Source: Bacillota bacterium
GTDB taxonomy: Bacteria > Bacillota > JAAYKD01
Reading direction: 5' to 3'
Length of the DNA: 64,000 bases
NCBI GenBank assembly: GCA_963666425.2
Contig: OY762825.2
Coordinates: 1,088,001 to 1,152,000 of the forward strand
Made by a program: the position numbers and the translations under genes. The notes beneath the pieces are model-generated. The model saw only the letters and a list, made by a program, of their open reading frames with translations, was not told where the DNA came from and made no database searches. This document shows, one piece after another, positions 1 through 9,820 of this stretch. The stretch's first letter is position 1. Every line of letters starts with the position of its first letter.

Positions 1-2098
1 GCAACTCAGTATCGTATACAATAATCCCATTACTCACAGAATTGATAATATCTTGATTGAACTTCAGTGATTCTTCAAGATTTTCATGAGCTTTTGTTCG
101 TTCCGTGATATCTGAAAAAGTTACAAGACTAGCCCATGTTTCCCCTTTCTCGTTGGTTATTGGTGTACCGAAGATCTCAAACAAGACTTCTGTACCATCG
201 GGGCGTTCAACCACTATATCGTCAATATATGACTTCTTACCTTCCATCCCTTTGATGATGGGCCTCTCTTCAGTCGGATATGAGTCAGCGGAGCCTTTCT
301 TATGCGCCTTCATGACTTCAGCGAAATTCTCTTTGTTGATATCGGGGAATATTCCTCTGCCTAGCAATTTTTTTGCCATTTCGTTTGTTAAAAGTGGCTT
401 GCCATCAATAGCATCCACCATGAAAACGCCAACGGGGAGAACATTTAATAGCGAGGACATAATCTCATTTTGCCTTTTAACATCTTCTTCGTATTGTTTT
501 CGCTCGCTAATATCCTGGGTTGCTCCCCAGAGAGCAGTAATGTTGCCGAACGTATCTTTTATAGCCTCGCCCCGCACCCACATCCAGCCATTCGATTCGT
601 CTGCTTTTATTGTCTTGAGTTCCAGTTCGTATGGGATTCCTAAGGTTCTTGTTTTCTCAAGTGATGACGATAGTATATCCCAACTTTCCGGCGTAAATAA
701 CTTCATATGCTCTGTGTAAGGAGGTGGTGGATTTGTTGGATCAAATCCATACATTTTGTAAAGTTCTTTCGACCATACAACTTGATTTGTCTCTAAATTT
801 AACCTCCATGTTCCAATGTGAGCAATGCGCTGCGACTCAATTAGTTCTTCATTTTGCTGATTTAATCGTTCTTCAGTCAGCTTCCTCTTGGTAATATCCG
901 TAAAAACGGTTGCAAATTGTTTAGGTTTCGGAGAATATGCAATTACCTCGTAATATTTATCCAGCTCACTAGAGTAATTTTCAAAATTTAATGATTCACC
1001 TGTCATGGCAACTTTACCATACTTTTCTATCCAGGATTGCTCTGTTCCCGGTAGAACTTCCAGTACGGTTTTTCCGATAATATTCTCGCGTTTGAGTCCA
1101 GTCAGTTCTTCGAACCCATGGTTCACATCCATGAATCGGTAGTCAATCACCTTTTCATCTTCATCCAAGATAACCTCATGCACTGCAAGCCCCTGTGTCA
1201 TCTGAGTGATGAGCAGCCTGTAATTCTCTTCGCTCTGCTGCAATGATTTTTGTGTAATCATTCTATCTGTGATATCAATAATAGAGGTCATATAATATAA
1301 AGGTCTTCCATCCGTATCCCTTCGTATTGATGTTTGCAAATCAGCCCACAAAATAGAGCCATCCTTTTTAATATACCTTTTGGTTATATGCATTGAATCT
1401 ATCTTGCCGGAAATAATTTCAGACGTTTTCTTCTCAATAAATTCAACATCGTCAGGATGCGTTATTTCCTGCCATTTTTTACTTTTAAGTTCATTTTCGC
1501 TATAACCAAGCATTGCACACATCGACTTGTTTACTTGTAACTCTCCCGAAGGCAGCGTAAGTGAGTTTCCTATTAGCGAATTGTCAAAAATGTATTTAAA
1601 TTTTCCCTCGCTTTCTTGCCTGGCTTTGTTTTCTATAGTCAGCTCTTGTGTTTTCTTTAAATCCAATTCGGCAAGCCGTTTATTTTCGTCCCGTCTGTAT
1701 ATACTCGCATTTCTAATTTTGACCATCGCCTGTATCTGCGCAGTCAGATCATAAATATCAATTGGTTTTGCAATAAAAGCCTCTGCACCACATTTTAGCG
1801 CGCGGATTCGATTTTCTTTATCCCCTTTTAAAGCGGTTATAAAAACTATGGGGATTTCTTTTAATTCTTCGTCTTCTTTTAGTTTGCAGCACACCTCAAA
1901 ACCGTCCATTTTAGGCATTACAATATCTAGAAGGATGACATCGGGATTTTCTTTTTTTGCCATCTCGATCCCTTGTATACCGCTAAGTGCCTGGAAAACT
2001 GTGGATTCAGGAAAAGCTTCTTTAATGAGTACTTTTAAAGCTGTCAGGTTGTCTTGCATATTATCGACTAATAGAATTTTAATATTACTATTTTCCAT
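1..2098 (-). CDS. Response-regulator receiver + multi-PAS signalling protein (3' end runs off the window; output domain unseen)
   Basis: Absent from the ORF track because it has no stop in the window. Hand translation from ATG 2098 (RBS GAGGTG just upstream) gives MENSNIKILLVDNMQDN...DVILLDIVMPKMDG...FIAKP (receiver), then four PAS/PAC repeats (e.g. ITHPDD...KKDGSILWA...IDIT; IAHIGTW...WMWVRGE...QDIS) and the start of a fifth. Confidence 0.88.
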   Translation of the reverse strand, partial: MENSNIKILLVDNMQDNLTALKVLIKEAFPESTVFQALSGIQGIEMAKKENPDVILLDIVMPKMDGFEVCCKLKEDEELKEIPIVFITALKGDKENRIRALKCGAEAFIAKPIDIYDLTAQIQAMVKIRNASIYRRDENKRLAELDLKKTQELTIENKARQESEGKFKYIFDNSLIGNSLTLPSGELQVNKSMCAMLGYSENELKSKKWQEITHPDDVEFIEKKTSEIISGKIDSMHITKRYIKKDGSILWADLQTSIRRDTDGRPLYYMTSIIDITDRMITQKSLQQSEENYRLLITQMTQGLAVHEVILDEDEKVIDYRFMDVNHGFEELTGLKRENIIGKTVLEVLPGTEQSWIEKYGKVAMTGESLNFENYSSELDKYYEVIAYSPKPKQFATVFTDITKRKLTEERLNQQNEELIESQRIAHIGTWRLNLETNQVVWSKELYKMYGFDPTNPPPPYTEHMKLFTPESWDILSSSLEKTRTLGIPYELELKTIKADESNGWMWVRGEAIKDTFGNITALWGATQDISERKQYEEDVKRQNEIMSSLLNVLPVGVFMVDAIDGKPLLTNEMAKKLLGRGIFPDINKENFAEVMKAHKKGSADSYPTEERPIIKGMEGKKSYIDDIVVERPDGTEVLFEIFGTPITNEKGETWASLVTFSDITERTKAHENLEESLKFNQDIINSVSNGIIVYDTEL

Positions 2099-2099
2099 A

Positions 2100-2232
2100 A
2101 GGCACCTCGCTTATTACCTAAAAACTTATTTTCTATGATTAGTTTTGCATGAAAAGCGTTGAATCCATGTGATAAAATGGCTTCACGGTCATGACCCATG
2201 GCACTGACCGTCAGAGCGATAATTGATACATG
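2100..2232 (-). pseudogene. Remnant of the C-terminal half of a CheY-like receiver domain
   Basis: Part of ORF 2068..2331 reads SIIALTVSAMGHDREAILSHGFNAFHAKLI, resembling the receiver motif PIIALTA.AM.GDRE..L..GF..YI.KP; no N-terminal half or phospho-Asp upstream. Confidence 0.55.
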
Positions 2233-2739
2233 ATGAAGCCAAAGAAAAGAAGGCAGAACGAAGAGAAGAATAGGCAGCGCCATGTGTTTACAGAGGTCAT
2301 TCCGGATGCATGTTCCATTGTGGCAAAGCACCTATGTTGAGAGGGCACCTCACTTCCACAGCTTCATAACGTGAACGGTGAGCTGCTGCACACATGAATC
2401 CGCTATTCGTTTTCTGTGAGCTGTTTATTCCCTGTTCATTTTTGTGAAATGTTACTATATCACTCTAAAGTTCTCTCTTGGTAACTAAATACCTTTCATA
2501 ATGGTTTTTAATTATCGAATTGGTTCATTGGAAACAGTAAAAATCTATTCATTCCACACACTCAACGCGCGTGACCTGAGGGTAACCTATCAACGGTTCA
2601 CGTCTTTTAACGATTCCTCTAGGGGGTGTGCCGAAATTCTACAGAACAGGTATTATTTCAACGAGAACCTCTCTTCTCTATCCCGTACCATAAAAAAAAC
2701 GTGCCTTCAAAGCGGAATTTATCGCCTTAAAAGAACGAA

Positions 2740-2840
2740 TGAAATGCCGACTTCGTCGGCGTGAAGTTTCGGCTGTGCCGAAATGAAGTGTTTGCCTTGC
2801 AAACATGAAGTTCATTGTTCCGCTAACGCGGAACAATGAG
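2740..2840. repeat. Array of four consecutive hairpins, each preceded by TGAA(G/A)
   Basis: GCCGAC-ttc-GTCGGC, TTTCGGC-tgt-GCCGAAA, TGTTTGC-ctt-GCAAACA and TCATTGTTCCGC-taac-GCGGAACAATGA. Confidence 0.75.
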
Positions 2841-2842
2841 TT

Positions 2843-2975
<133 letters not shown>

Positions 2976-2992
2976 ATATTTAAATCTTGCAC

Positions 2993-3021
2993 ATTGTAGC
3001 ATAGTCGACTGGTAAAGTCAA
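2993..3021 (-). promoter_or_regulatory. sigma-A promoter for tRNA-Ser
   Basis: TTGACT-17 nt-TACAAT with extended -10 TG. Confidence 0.7.
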
Positions 3022-3146
3022 GATTGCCAAAGCGATCTGTCCGCTCAAAAAGCCACTTAGAATTTGCTTAGAAAAGGGATCCGCCAAATCAAAGAATTCA
3101 ACGGATCCCTACTGTCGCTCGATAAAAAATACCGAAAGCATCCTCT

Positions 3147-3207
3147 TGGAACAGGGGCACAGCCGCGCTCTAGAAAAAAACTGGAACAGGGGCACAGCCG
3201 CGCTCTA
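3147..3207. repeat. 26-bp direct repeat (2 copies)
   Basis: TGGAACAGGGGCACAGCCGCGCTCTA at 3147-3172 and 3182-3207. Confidence 0.85.
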
Positions 3208-3208
3208 A

Positions 3209-3583
3209 CTAAACTTCTGCGATGGCTTCCACTTCTACTAAGCAGCCATAATGCAGCTCGCCGCAGGGCACCACCATCCGAGCCGGTTTGTGTTCGCCAA
3301 AAAAGCGGCCATATTCCAGATTCATCGCATCCCACATGCTAACATCCGGCAAATAGACGCGGCACATTACCACATCCGCCGGCTGCAAACCGGCTGCCTG
3401 CAGGACTAAATTCAAATTCTGCAGAGCCTGACGTGTTTCGGGCCCGATGCCGCCTGCCGGTTTCTGTCCGCTGGCGGGATCGCGTGAGAGCTGACCGGAA
3501 ATGTAGAGCGTCTTGCCGCTGATCATCCCCGGCGTATAGAATCCGGGTTTCGCTTGCGAAAATTCCGTCTGTATCAATTGCAT
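3209..3583 (-). CDS. ridA: RidA/YjgF/UK114 family enamine/imine deaminase
   Basis: LYISGQL, MNLEYGRFF, KPAR, LVEVEAIA motifs; start reset to ATG 3583 behind AAAGGTGA RBS. Confidence 0.88.
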   Translation of the reverse strand: MQLIQTEFSQAKPGFYTPGMISGKTLYISGQLSRDPASGQKPAGGIGPETRQALQNLNLVLQAAGLQPADVVMCRVYLPDVSMWDAMNLEYGRFFGEHKPARMVVPCGELHYGCLVEVEAIAEV

Positions 3584-3638
3584 TTCAATCACCTTTCTCT
3601 CTGAATTTCCTTTACGGCATCGCATGGCTGCCGTATTT

Positions 3639-4916
3639 TTAAAGCATCGTCTTGCCGCCCATATAGACGCGCAGCGCTTCCGGTATTCTGACATTGCCGT
3701 CTGCCTGCACGTTATTCTCCAAAAAAGCAATCAGCATCCGCGGCGGCGCCACCACGGTGTTGTTGAGGGTATGGGCAAAATAATTGCCGCTTTCTTTGCT
3801 TCTGATTCTGATCCCCAAGCGGCGGGCCTGTGCATCACCAAGATTGGAGCAGCTGCCCACTTCGAAGTATTTCTGCTGTCTGGGAGACCAGGCTTCCACA
3901 TCGATACTTTTCACTTTTAAATCTGCCAGATCGCCGGAACAGCATTCCAAAGTGCGAACGGGAATATCCAGAGAACGGAAGAAAGCAACCGTGTTTTCAT
4001 AGAGGGTTTTAAACCAGGTTTGGCTGTCTTCCGGTTTGCAAACCACGATCATTTCCTGCTTCTCGAATTGATGCACCCGATAAACGCCGCGTTCTTCAAT
4101 CCCATGCGCACCAACTTCTTTGCGGAAGCAAGGCGAATAACTGGTGAATTTCTGCGGCAGCTCTTCTTCGTCCAAAATGGTATCGATGAATTTGCCAATC
4201 ATGGAGTGTTCGCTGGTACCGATCAGGTACAAATCCTCTCCTTCGATCTTATACATCATGTTCTCCATTTCGGTAAAGCTCATCACACCGGTAACGACGC
4301 TGCTGTGGATCATAAAAGGAGGAATACAATAGGTAAAGCCACGATCGATCATAAAATCGCGGGCATAAGAAAGCACTGCCGAATGCAGGCGGGCAATGTT
4401 GCCTTGCAGATAATAGAAGCCGGAACCGGCAGTTTTTCGGGCAGCATCGAGATCGAGACCCTGAAAGTGTTCCATAATCTCTACATGATACGGGACTTCA
4501 AAATCGGGAACAAACGCCTCGCCAAAACGCTCAATTTCCACATTTTCGCTGTCATCTTTGCCAATGGGCACCGTAGCGTCGATGATATTGGGGATCACCA
4601 GCATGCGTTCGCGGATCTCCAAAGGCAGCCGCTCTTCCAGCTCTTTCAATTCTTCCAGTTCGCGGGCAATATCGGCTACCAGAGCTTTGCTCTGCTCCGC
4701 CTCTTCCCGTTTGCCTTGCACCATTAATTTGCCGATTTCTTTACTAACCGAGTTGCGCTGACTGCGCAGGTAATCTGCTCTGGTTTTAGCATCACGCAAG
4801 CGAAGGTCCAGTTCAACTACTTCATCCACTAAATGCAGTTTATGCGCCTGGAACTTTTTTTGGATATTCTGTTTTACAAGTTCTGGACTGGTTCGAATCA
4901 ATCGGATATCAATCAT
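3639..4916 (-). CDS. serS: Serine--tRNA ligase
   Basis: N-terminal coiled coil, LIGTSEH, CFRKEVG...RVHQFEK, EVGSCSN, HTLNNT class II motifs. Confidence 0.97.
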   Translation of the reverse strand: MIDIRLIRTSPELVKQNIQKKFQAHKLHLVDEVVELDLRLRDAKTRADYLRSQRNSVSKEIGKLMVQGKREEAEQSKALVADIARELEELKELEERLPLEIRERMLVIPNIIDATVPIGKDDSENVEIERFGEAFVPDFEVPYHVEIMEHFQGLDLDAARKTAGSGFYYLQGNIARLHSAVLSYARDFMIDRGFTYCIPPFMIHSSVVTGVMSFTEMENMMYKIEGEDLYLIGTSEHSMIGKFIDTILDEEELPQKFTSYSPCFRKEVGAHGIEERGVYRVHQFEKQEMIVVCKPEDSQTWFKTLYENTVAFFRSLDIPVRTLECCSGDLADLKVKSIDVEAWSPRQQKYFEVGSCSNLGDAQARRLGIRIRSKESGNYFAHTLNNTVVAPPRMLIAFLENNVQADGNVRIPEALRVYMGGKTML

Positions 4917-5072
4917 AATCTGTCAGCTCCTTACGATTTTTCTAGATAAATCAGTTTTGATTTCATTGACATTTGTTGGGAACGCACGGGTCCGTATCAA
5001 TGTCATGTTAAAATAAAAAATGTTTTACTACCCCCTTCTTCAGCAGAAACCGGATGGTCTGTGAAAGAGATA

Positions 5073-5295
5073 TAAAAAAAGCTCTTTCACACCATACGAA
5101 ACGTATGGGACGAAAGAACTCCGCGTTGCCACCCAAATTGCCGGTCTAAAAACCGACCACTCAATCGTATGATAAAGGATACGAACCTGCGGCTTATCAC
5201 CGTTTGCTCAAAAAGTGGATAGACTCTTGCTCTTACCGGTTTACACCAACCACCGGCTCTCTGCGTAGCGCAAGGAATCATTGCTTTTCTCATTG
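5073..5295 (-). promoter_or_regulatory. T-box riboswitch leader (probable Ser specifier UCC)
   Basis: Stem I with AGAGAG and GGTG boxes, specifier region TCC-A-CTTTT, T-box AATTTGGGTGGCAACGCGG, then terminator hairpin and T-run, upstream of serS. Confidence 0.9.
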
Positions 5296-5320
5296 CTGAT
5301 TTTATTCTATTGTTTTATTT

Positions 5321-5349
5321 ATTATAAACCGGAACCAGAAAAAATGCAA
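5321..5349 (-). promoter_or_regulatory. sigma-A promoter of the serS leader
   Basis: TTGCAT-17 nt-TATAAT. Confidence 0.7.
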
Positions 5350-5583
5350 GAGAAAGATAAAAACCTGTCCGCTTCGGCTTGGCAGCGGGTCACTTTTTCT
5401 GTCATTCATTTTCTATGCTGTATTGGAGAATAGAAATGAATTTTACGTGAAAACCACCAGAATGATTTGAATATTCATCTGAAATATGATATGCTAAGAT
5501 TGTATTTTTATTTGACTTTCAGTTTCATTTCAGCAAACATTGTTAAGATGATTCAGTAAAAAAATATAAGAGGTGAGCATTTC

Positions 5584-6279
5584 ATGAAGAGTATTGTTTT
5601 AATTGTTGATGACGATCCCAACATTCGTGAACTGTTGGAATTGTATCTGGAAAAAGAAGGTTATGATTGTCACCATGCAGCCGATGGTGACGAAGCGATC
5701 GCCAAAGCGAAATTGCTGCAACCTGCTTTGATCCTGCTGGATATCATGCTGCCCAAGAAGGATGGCTGGCAAGTCTGCCGGGAAATCCGCAAATCGCTCT
5801 CGACGCCAATCATTATGATCACTGCCAAGGGAGAGGAACCCGACAAAGTGACGGGTTTAGAAATTGGAGCAGATGATTATGTGACCAAACCTTTCAGCAC
5901 GAAGGAATTGATGGCTAGAATCAAGGCGGTCATGCGCCGGAGTCAAAAGCTAGAGATGAATGAGCCGGAAGAAGAGATGAGCTTTGGCAATCTCTATATG
6001 AATATGACGCAGCGTTTGATCACAGTCAACAGCATTGCGGTCAATCTGACTCCCAAAGAAACCGAACTGCTTTGGTTTTTGGCTAAAAATGTGAACCACG
6101 TTTACAGCCGGGAACAACTGCTGGAAAATGTTTGGGGTTATGAGTATTTCGGCGATGCGCGGACTGTGGATGTACATGTCAAGCGTTTGAGAGAAAAATT
6201 GAATATAGCCGAACCGGAAGGATGGCTGATTAAGACCGTCTGGGGTGTTGGCTATAAGTTTGAGGTGAGCGAAGCGTGA
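5584..6279 (+). CDS. OmpR/PhoB-family response regulator (ResD/SrrA/WalR-like)
   Basis: VDDD, LLDIMLP, GADDYVTKPF; winged helix RTVDVHVKRLREK, TVWGVGYKF. Confidence 0.95.
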   Translation: MKSIVLIVDDDPNIRELLELYLEKEGYDCHHAADGDEAIAKAKLLQPALILLDIMLPKKDGWQVCREIRKSLSTPIIMITAKGEEPDKVTGLEIGADDYVTKPFSTKELMARIKAVMRRSQKLEMNEPEEEMSFGNLYMNMTQRLITVNSIAVNLTPKETELLWFLAKNVNHVYSREQLLENVWGYEYFGDARTVDVHVKRLREKLNIAEPEGWLIKTVWGVGYKFEVSEA

Positions 6280-8102
6280 AAAAACTGCATATCCGCAGTT
6301 TATTCAAAAAACTCTTTCTCAGCTTTGTTTTAGTTGCCCTCGTCACGGTTTTTTCTTTGGGCGTGTTTCTGCCGAGTCAATTATCGAATTACTTGACAGA
6401 GAACGCCCGCAGCCGCTTGGAGGAAGAAGCCCGTCTGATTATCCCATCGATCAGCATTTTTTTCAGTGGACGGATCAGTTTTGATGCCATGCAGCAAATA
6501 CTCACCACCATCGAATACTTCTCCAGTGCGCAAGTTTTTCTAACCGACCGTAACGGTCAGATCCTGGTCACCAGCGCCGGTTATGACATGAATGTCCGGG
6601 GGCAATTAATTGGTGAGGATGAGTTGTTCGATCTGTTGCAAAATAACCAATTCTCCCGGCAAGGCTACAATCCGCGTCTGGCTACCTATGCCTTGACGCT
6701 GGCTTTTCCGATTCGACAGCAAACTGCCGAGCAAGTGTCCATCGTCGGCAGCTTGTATCTGGAAACGCCGCTGGATGTGATTGGCGCTTCTTCTGCCATC
6801 ATTCAAAAACAAGCTTTGGTCATTGTCCTGATCAGTTTCATGCTTGCTTTGATCTTGGCCTACATCTTTTCCCGGCATATCGCTGAACCATTGTATGCGC
6901 TGACAGTCGCTGCCCAATCGATGGCGCGCGGAAATTACGCCATCACAATCCCCTATGATGAAGATGATGAAATCGGTGACTTAATCGAAAGCTTTAACAA
7001 CCTTTCGTACTCGCTGCAAAAGAGCATCGATTCTTTGCTGACCGAAAAAGGGCGAATGGAAAACCTGCTCCGCTCACTAACGGAAGGTGTCATTGCCACT
7101 GAGAATAATGAAACCGTTGTTTTATTTAATCCAGCCGCCCAGCAGTTGCTGGCGATCCCGCTCGACGAAAACCCCAATGGCAGAAAATTAAGTGCCTTAC
7201 ACCTCCCGGAAGAACTTTATCGATTGATGTCAGAAGATTCCACCAGTATCATTACAAAAATCATGCCTTTCAGCAACGAACGTTTTGTGGCCGTGACTGT
7301 TTCTCCCGTCTTGGACCGGTTGGGACGTTTTACCGGCCATGTAACGGTGCTGCAGGATATTACAGAAGCGCATACATTGGAATTGCAGCGAAAAGCGTTT
7401 GTCGCCAATGTATCCCACGAGCTGCGTACACCACTGACCTCGATCCGCGGTTTTGTTGAAGGCATCCTGGATGATACGATTCCCCTGGAATCCTCTCCGC
7501 GTTATTTGAATATCATTCATAAAGAAACCATTCGTCTCACCAAACTGATTCAGGATTTATTGGAGCTTTCTTTTATCGAATCCGGTCAAATCAAACTTCA
7601 TCGCGAATGTGTGCCGCTCCTGCCCCTACTGAGTCGTTTGGCGATGCAATGCAAGAGTGCTACCGGCAAAGAAAGCCAGCTATTTACGGTGCGTTTTGAT
7701 ATAGCCGAACCCGCCGTTTGGGCTGACCCTGACAGACTGGAACAAATTCTAATCAACCTGATTTCCAACGCTTCCAAATTCACACCATCAAACGGTACAA
7801 TTCAGATCATCGGTGTCAGTGTCGATCAGAAAATGGAAATCACGATTCAAGACAGCGGTCCCGGGATTGCTGCCGAAGATCTGCCTTATATTTGGGATAG
7901 ATTCTACAAAGCAGACCATTCCCGCAGCAAAGAGGGCACCGGTCTTGGTCTATCCATCGTGCGTTCCCTGATTGAAGCGCACGAAGAAAAAATTGGTGTC
8001 AACAATGATCCTTTGGGTGGCTGCTGCTTCACCTTTACGATGCCAATCTGTTTTGGCAGCGGCGAAGACGATTTTAACAATGAAGAAACGAATACAGAAT
8101 AA
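6276..8102 (+). CDS. Membrane sensor histidine kinase (HAMP, PAS, HisKA, HATPase)
   Basis: Two TM segments, ANVSHELRTPL H-box, NLISNA N-box, DSGPGI, GTGLGL; GTG start overlaps the regulator stop. Confidence 0.95.
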   Translation: MKKLHIRSLFKKLFLSFVLVALVTVFSLGVFLPSQLSNYLTENARSRLEEEARLIIPSISIFFSGRISFDAMQQILTTIEYFSSAQVFLTDRNGQILVTSAGYDMNVRGQLIGEDELFDLLQNNQFSRQGYNPRLATYALTLAFPIRQQTAEQVSIVGSLYLETPLDVIGASSAIIQKQALVIVLISFMLALILAYIFSRHIAEPLYALTVAAQSMARGNYAITIPYDEDDEIGDLIESFNNLSYSLQKSIDSLLTEKGRMENLLRSLTEGVIATENNETVVLFNPAAQQLLAIPLDENPNGRKLSALHLPEELYRLMSEDSTSIITKIMPFSNERFVAVTVSPVLDRLGRFTGHVTVLQDITEAHTLELQRKAFVANVSHELRTPLTSIRGFVEGILDDTIPLESSPRYLNIIHKETIRLTKLIQDLLELSFIESGQIKLHRECVPLLPLLSRLAMQCKSATGKESQLFTVRFDIAEPAVWADPDRLEQILINLISNASKFTPSNGTIQIIGVSVDQKMEITIQDSGPGIAAEDLPYIWDRFYKADHSRSKEGTGLGLSIVRSLIEAHEEKIGVNNDPLGGCCFTFTMPICFGSGEDDFNNEETNTE

Positions 8103-8161
8103 ATCAGCAGCTTACCAATGCTTGCCGTTCAGATGCAATTTGCTTGCTTTGTATTCACAGA

Positions 8162-8374
8162 GGGGCTGTAGCAAAACAAAAAATCGCTACAGTTCCTTTT
8201 TGCTGCTCCAGTATCATTTTTCACAAACAAAAGCAAGCTAATACGAAAAATAGCAGATAAAAATAGAAAGGTCAGACAAAATATCACCCAACTACAGGAG
8301 ATATTCTGGTTTTTACTATGCTTAAGCCGTAATTTTTTGGATAATTGTCGGTGCGATTTTGTTGAATCTTGTTG
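8162..8374 (-). mobile_element. IS1182-like right-end remnant (left copy)
   Basis: Terminal GGGGCTGTAGCAAAA; about 210 bp is a diverged reverse complement of ~9915-10131 and encodes NKIQQNRT. Confidence 0.7.
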
Positions 8375-8621
8375 CTTGTTTCTGCCCTAAGGCCTTCTCG
8401 TCTCACTAATTTGTAGTTTCGTACCCATTGGCAAAAGGATGATTCACCTATCCCGCATTCTTTGCCCATTCTGCTTGGCTTCCTTCTCCGGCTAGATACG
8501 CTTCTACAGTTTTGATCTTTTCTTCTGATGTTGCTATTGTTTTGTACATAATATATGCTCCCCATGGTGTAGTCTCGAACTTTTTGTTATTTCGAGTGTC
8601 TACTTTATGGGGAGCAGTTCA
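8375..8621 (-). mobile_element. IS3-family (IS150-like) left end with frameshifted orfA fragment
   Basis: End TGAACTGCTCCCCATAAAGTAGACAC, then MYKTIATSEEKIKTVEAYLAGEGSQAEWAK, a frameshift, and GIGESSFCQWVRNYK (HTH-like). Confidence 0.7.
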
Positions 8622-8696
8622 TTTCGCAGCCACTTTTAGGTTGATAATCGAAAGAGATGCGGCAGATAAGACAACACCCCCGTCGCCCCGGAACAC

Positions 8697-9542
8697 TCAC
8701 TTAAAACTGCCGGCGAACTGATCCAGATTTGCCCAACCGTGGACTCTAACCCTGGGGATCAAGAATTGGTTGTCTTCGGGGGTGGCTAAACCATAAGAAA
8801 CGATAACCGCCGAAGTATAACCGGCCTCTTTCACCAACTGCTGTGTAATTTCACTGTGAGCGCCGCTGGGATAACAGAAGGATTTTACCGATATATTCAA
8901 TTTTTCTTCCAGCTTTTTTTTGGAATCACTGATTTCCAGTTTCTGATTCTCGCTACTCGTTACCCTTAAATCCAGGTGATGCTTTGTATGGCTGCCGATC
9001 TCAATGCCTGCGTTTGCCAGCGTTTTCGTTTCCTCCCAAGTAAGGTAATTGGATCGGTCCAGAAATTCGGTCACCACATAAACGGTACCTGTAAAGTCAA
9101 ACTCCTTCATAATGGGCCATGCTTGCTTATAAAAGGAAGCATAACCATCATCAAATGTCAAAACTACCGTTTTGGCGGGGATTTTTCTGTTGGCCAGCAT
9201 TTCCTCAGCATCGGACATTATAGCCGTATGATACCCGTTATCGGATAAATATTTCATCTGGGCTCTGAAATTTTCCACCGATACATAAAGACTGTTGGAG
9301 CCGGTTCCAATTTCATGATACATGAAGATCGGAATTGAAGTTCCGGTGTATTCAATGGGCGGCATAGCATTCTCATGGTTATTGGTGAATTTCATTTTAC
9401 AGATGAAATAGATAGAGGCAAACAGAATTGCCAAAATTGTAAGAGAGAAAAGAAACCGTAGAAGACGCTTGCTCTTTCGATTGTTCTTCTTCTTGCCCGT
9501 AGATCCCAATGCTTGTCTCTCTGCCATTGCCACATCTCGCAT
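8697..9542 (-). CDS. Membrane-anchored polysaccharide deacetylase (NodB/CE4, IcaB/PgaB-like)
   Basis: Basic N-terminus plus TM helix; PIFMYHEI, LTFDDG, GSHTKHH, FCYPSG, IPRVRV. Confidence 0.92.
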   Translation of the reverse strand: MRDVAMAERQALGSTGKKKNNRKSKRLLRFLFSLTILAILFASIYFICKMKFTNNHENAMPPIEYTGTSIPIFMYHEIGTGSNSLYVSVENFRAQMKYLSDNGYHTAIMSDAEEMLANRKIPAKTVVLTFDDGYASFYKQAWPIMKEFDFTGTVYVVTEFLDRSNYLTWEETKTLANAGIEIGSHTKHHLDLRVTSSENQKLEISDSKKKLEEKLNISVKSFCYPSGAHSEITQQLVKEAGYTSAVIVSYGLATPEDNQFLIPRVRVHGWANLDQFAGSFK

Positions 9543-9820
9543 TCTTGATTAAAAATTACTTATGCATCATCTCTATTCGCCAATGCAACAGAGAATACCG
9601 GATACGCAAGCATTATACCCCAAATGAGCACCGAACGCAATCAGAGTTTCGGTTTAGATGAGCCTGTGTGAATCTGTTGTTTTACTGTATTCCTAAAATC
9701 TTTCGCGATTCGGATCCTGGGTGTTAAAGCCCCTCTTCTCCACCCCTGACATTCATCCTAACGTTTCGGTGCAGCCTAGAGCTTCATAACTAAAGTCAGG
9801 TTCTCCGAGAAGAGGTTAAC

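Noticed and set aside
105-2138. Plus-strand ORFs 105..719, 1527..1754 and 1848..2138
   Set aside because: Antisense shadows of the minus-strand receiver-PAS gene.
3147-3207. 26-bp direct repeat as an att site or mini-CRISPR
   Set aside because: Only two copies 9 bp apart, not matching the tRNA end; most simply a local slippage duplication.
5087-5293. 68-aa ORF upstream of serS
   Set aside because: Coincides with the T-box leader RNA.
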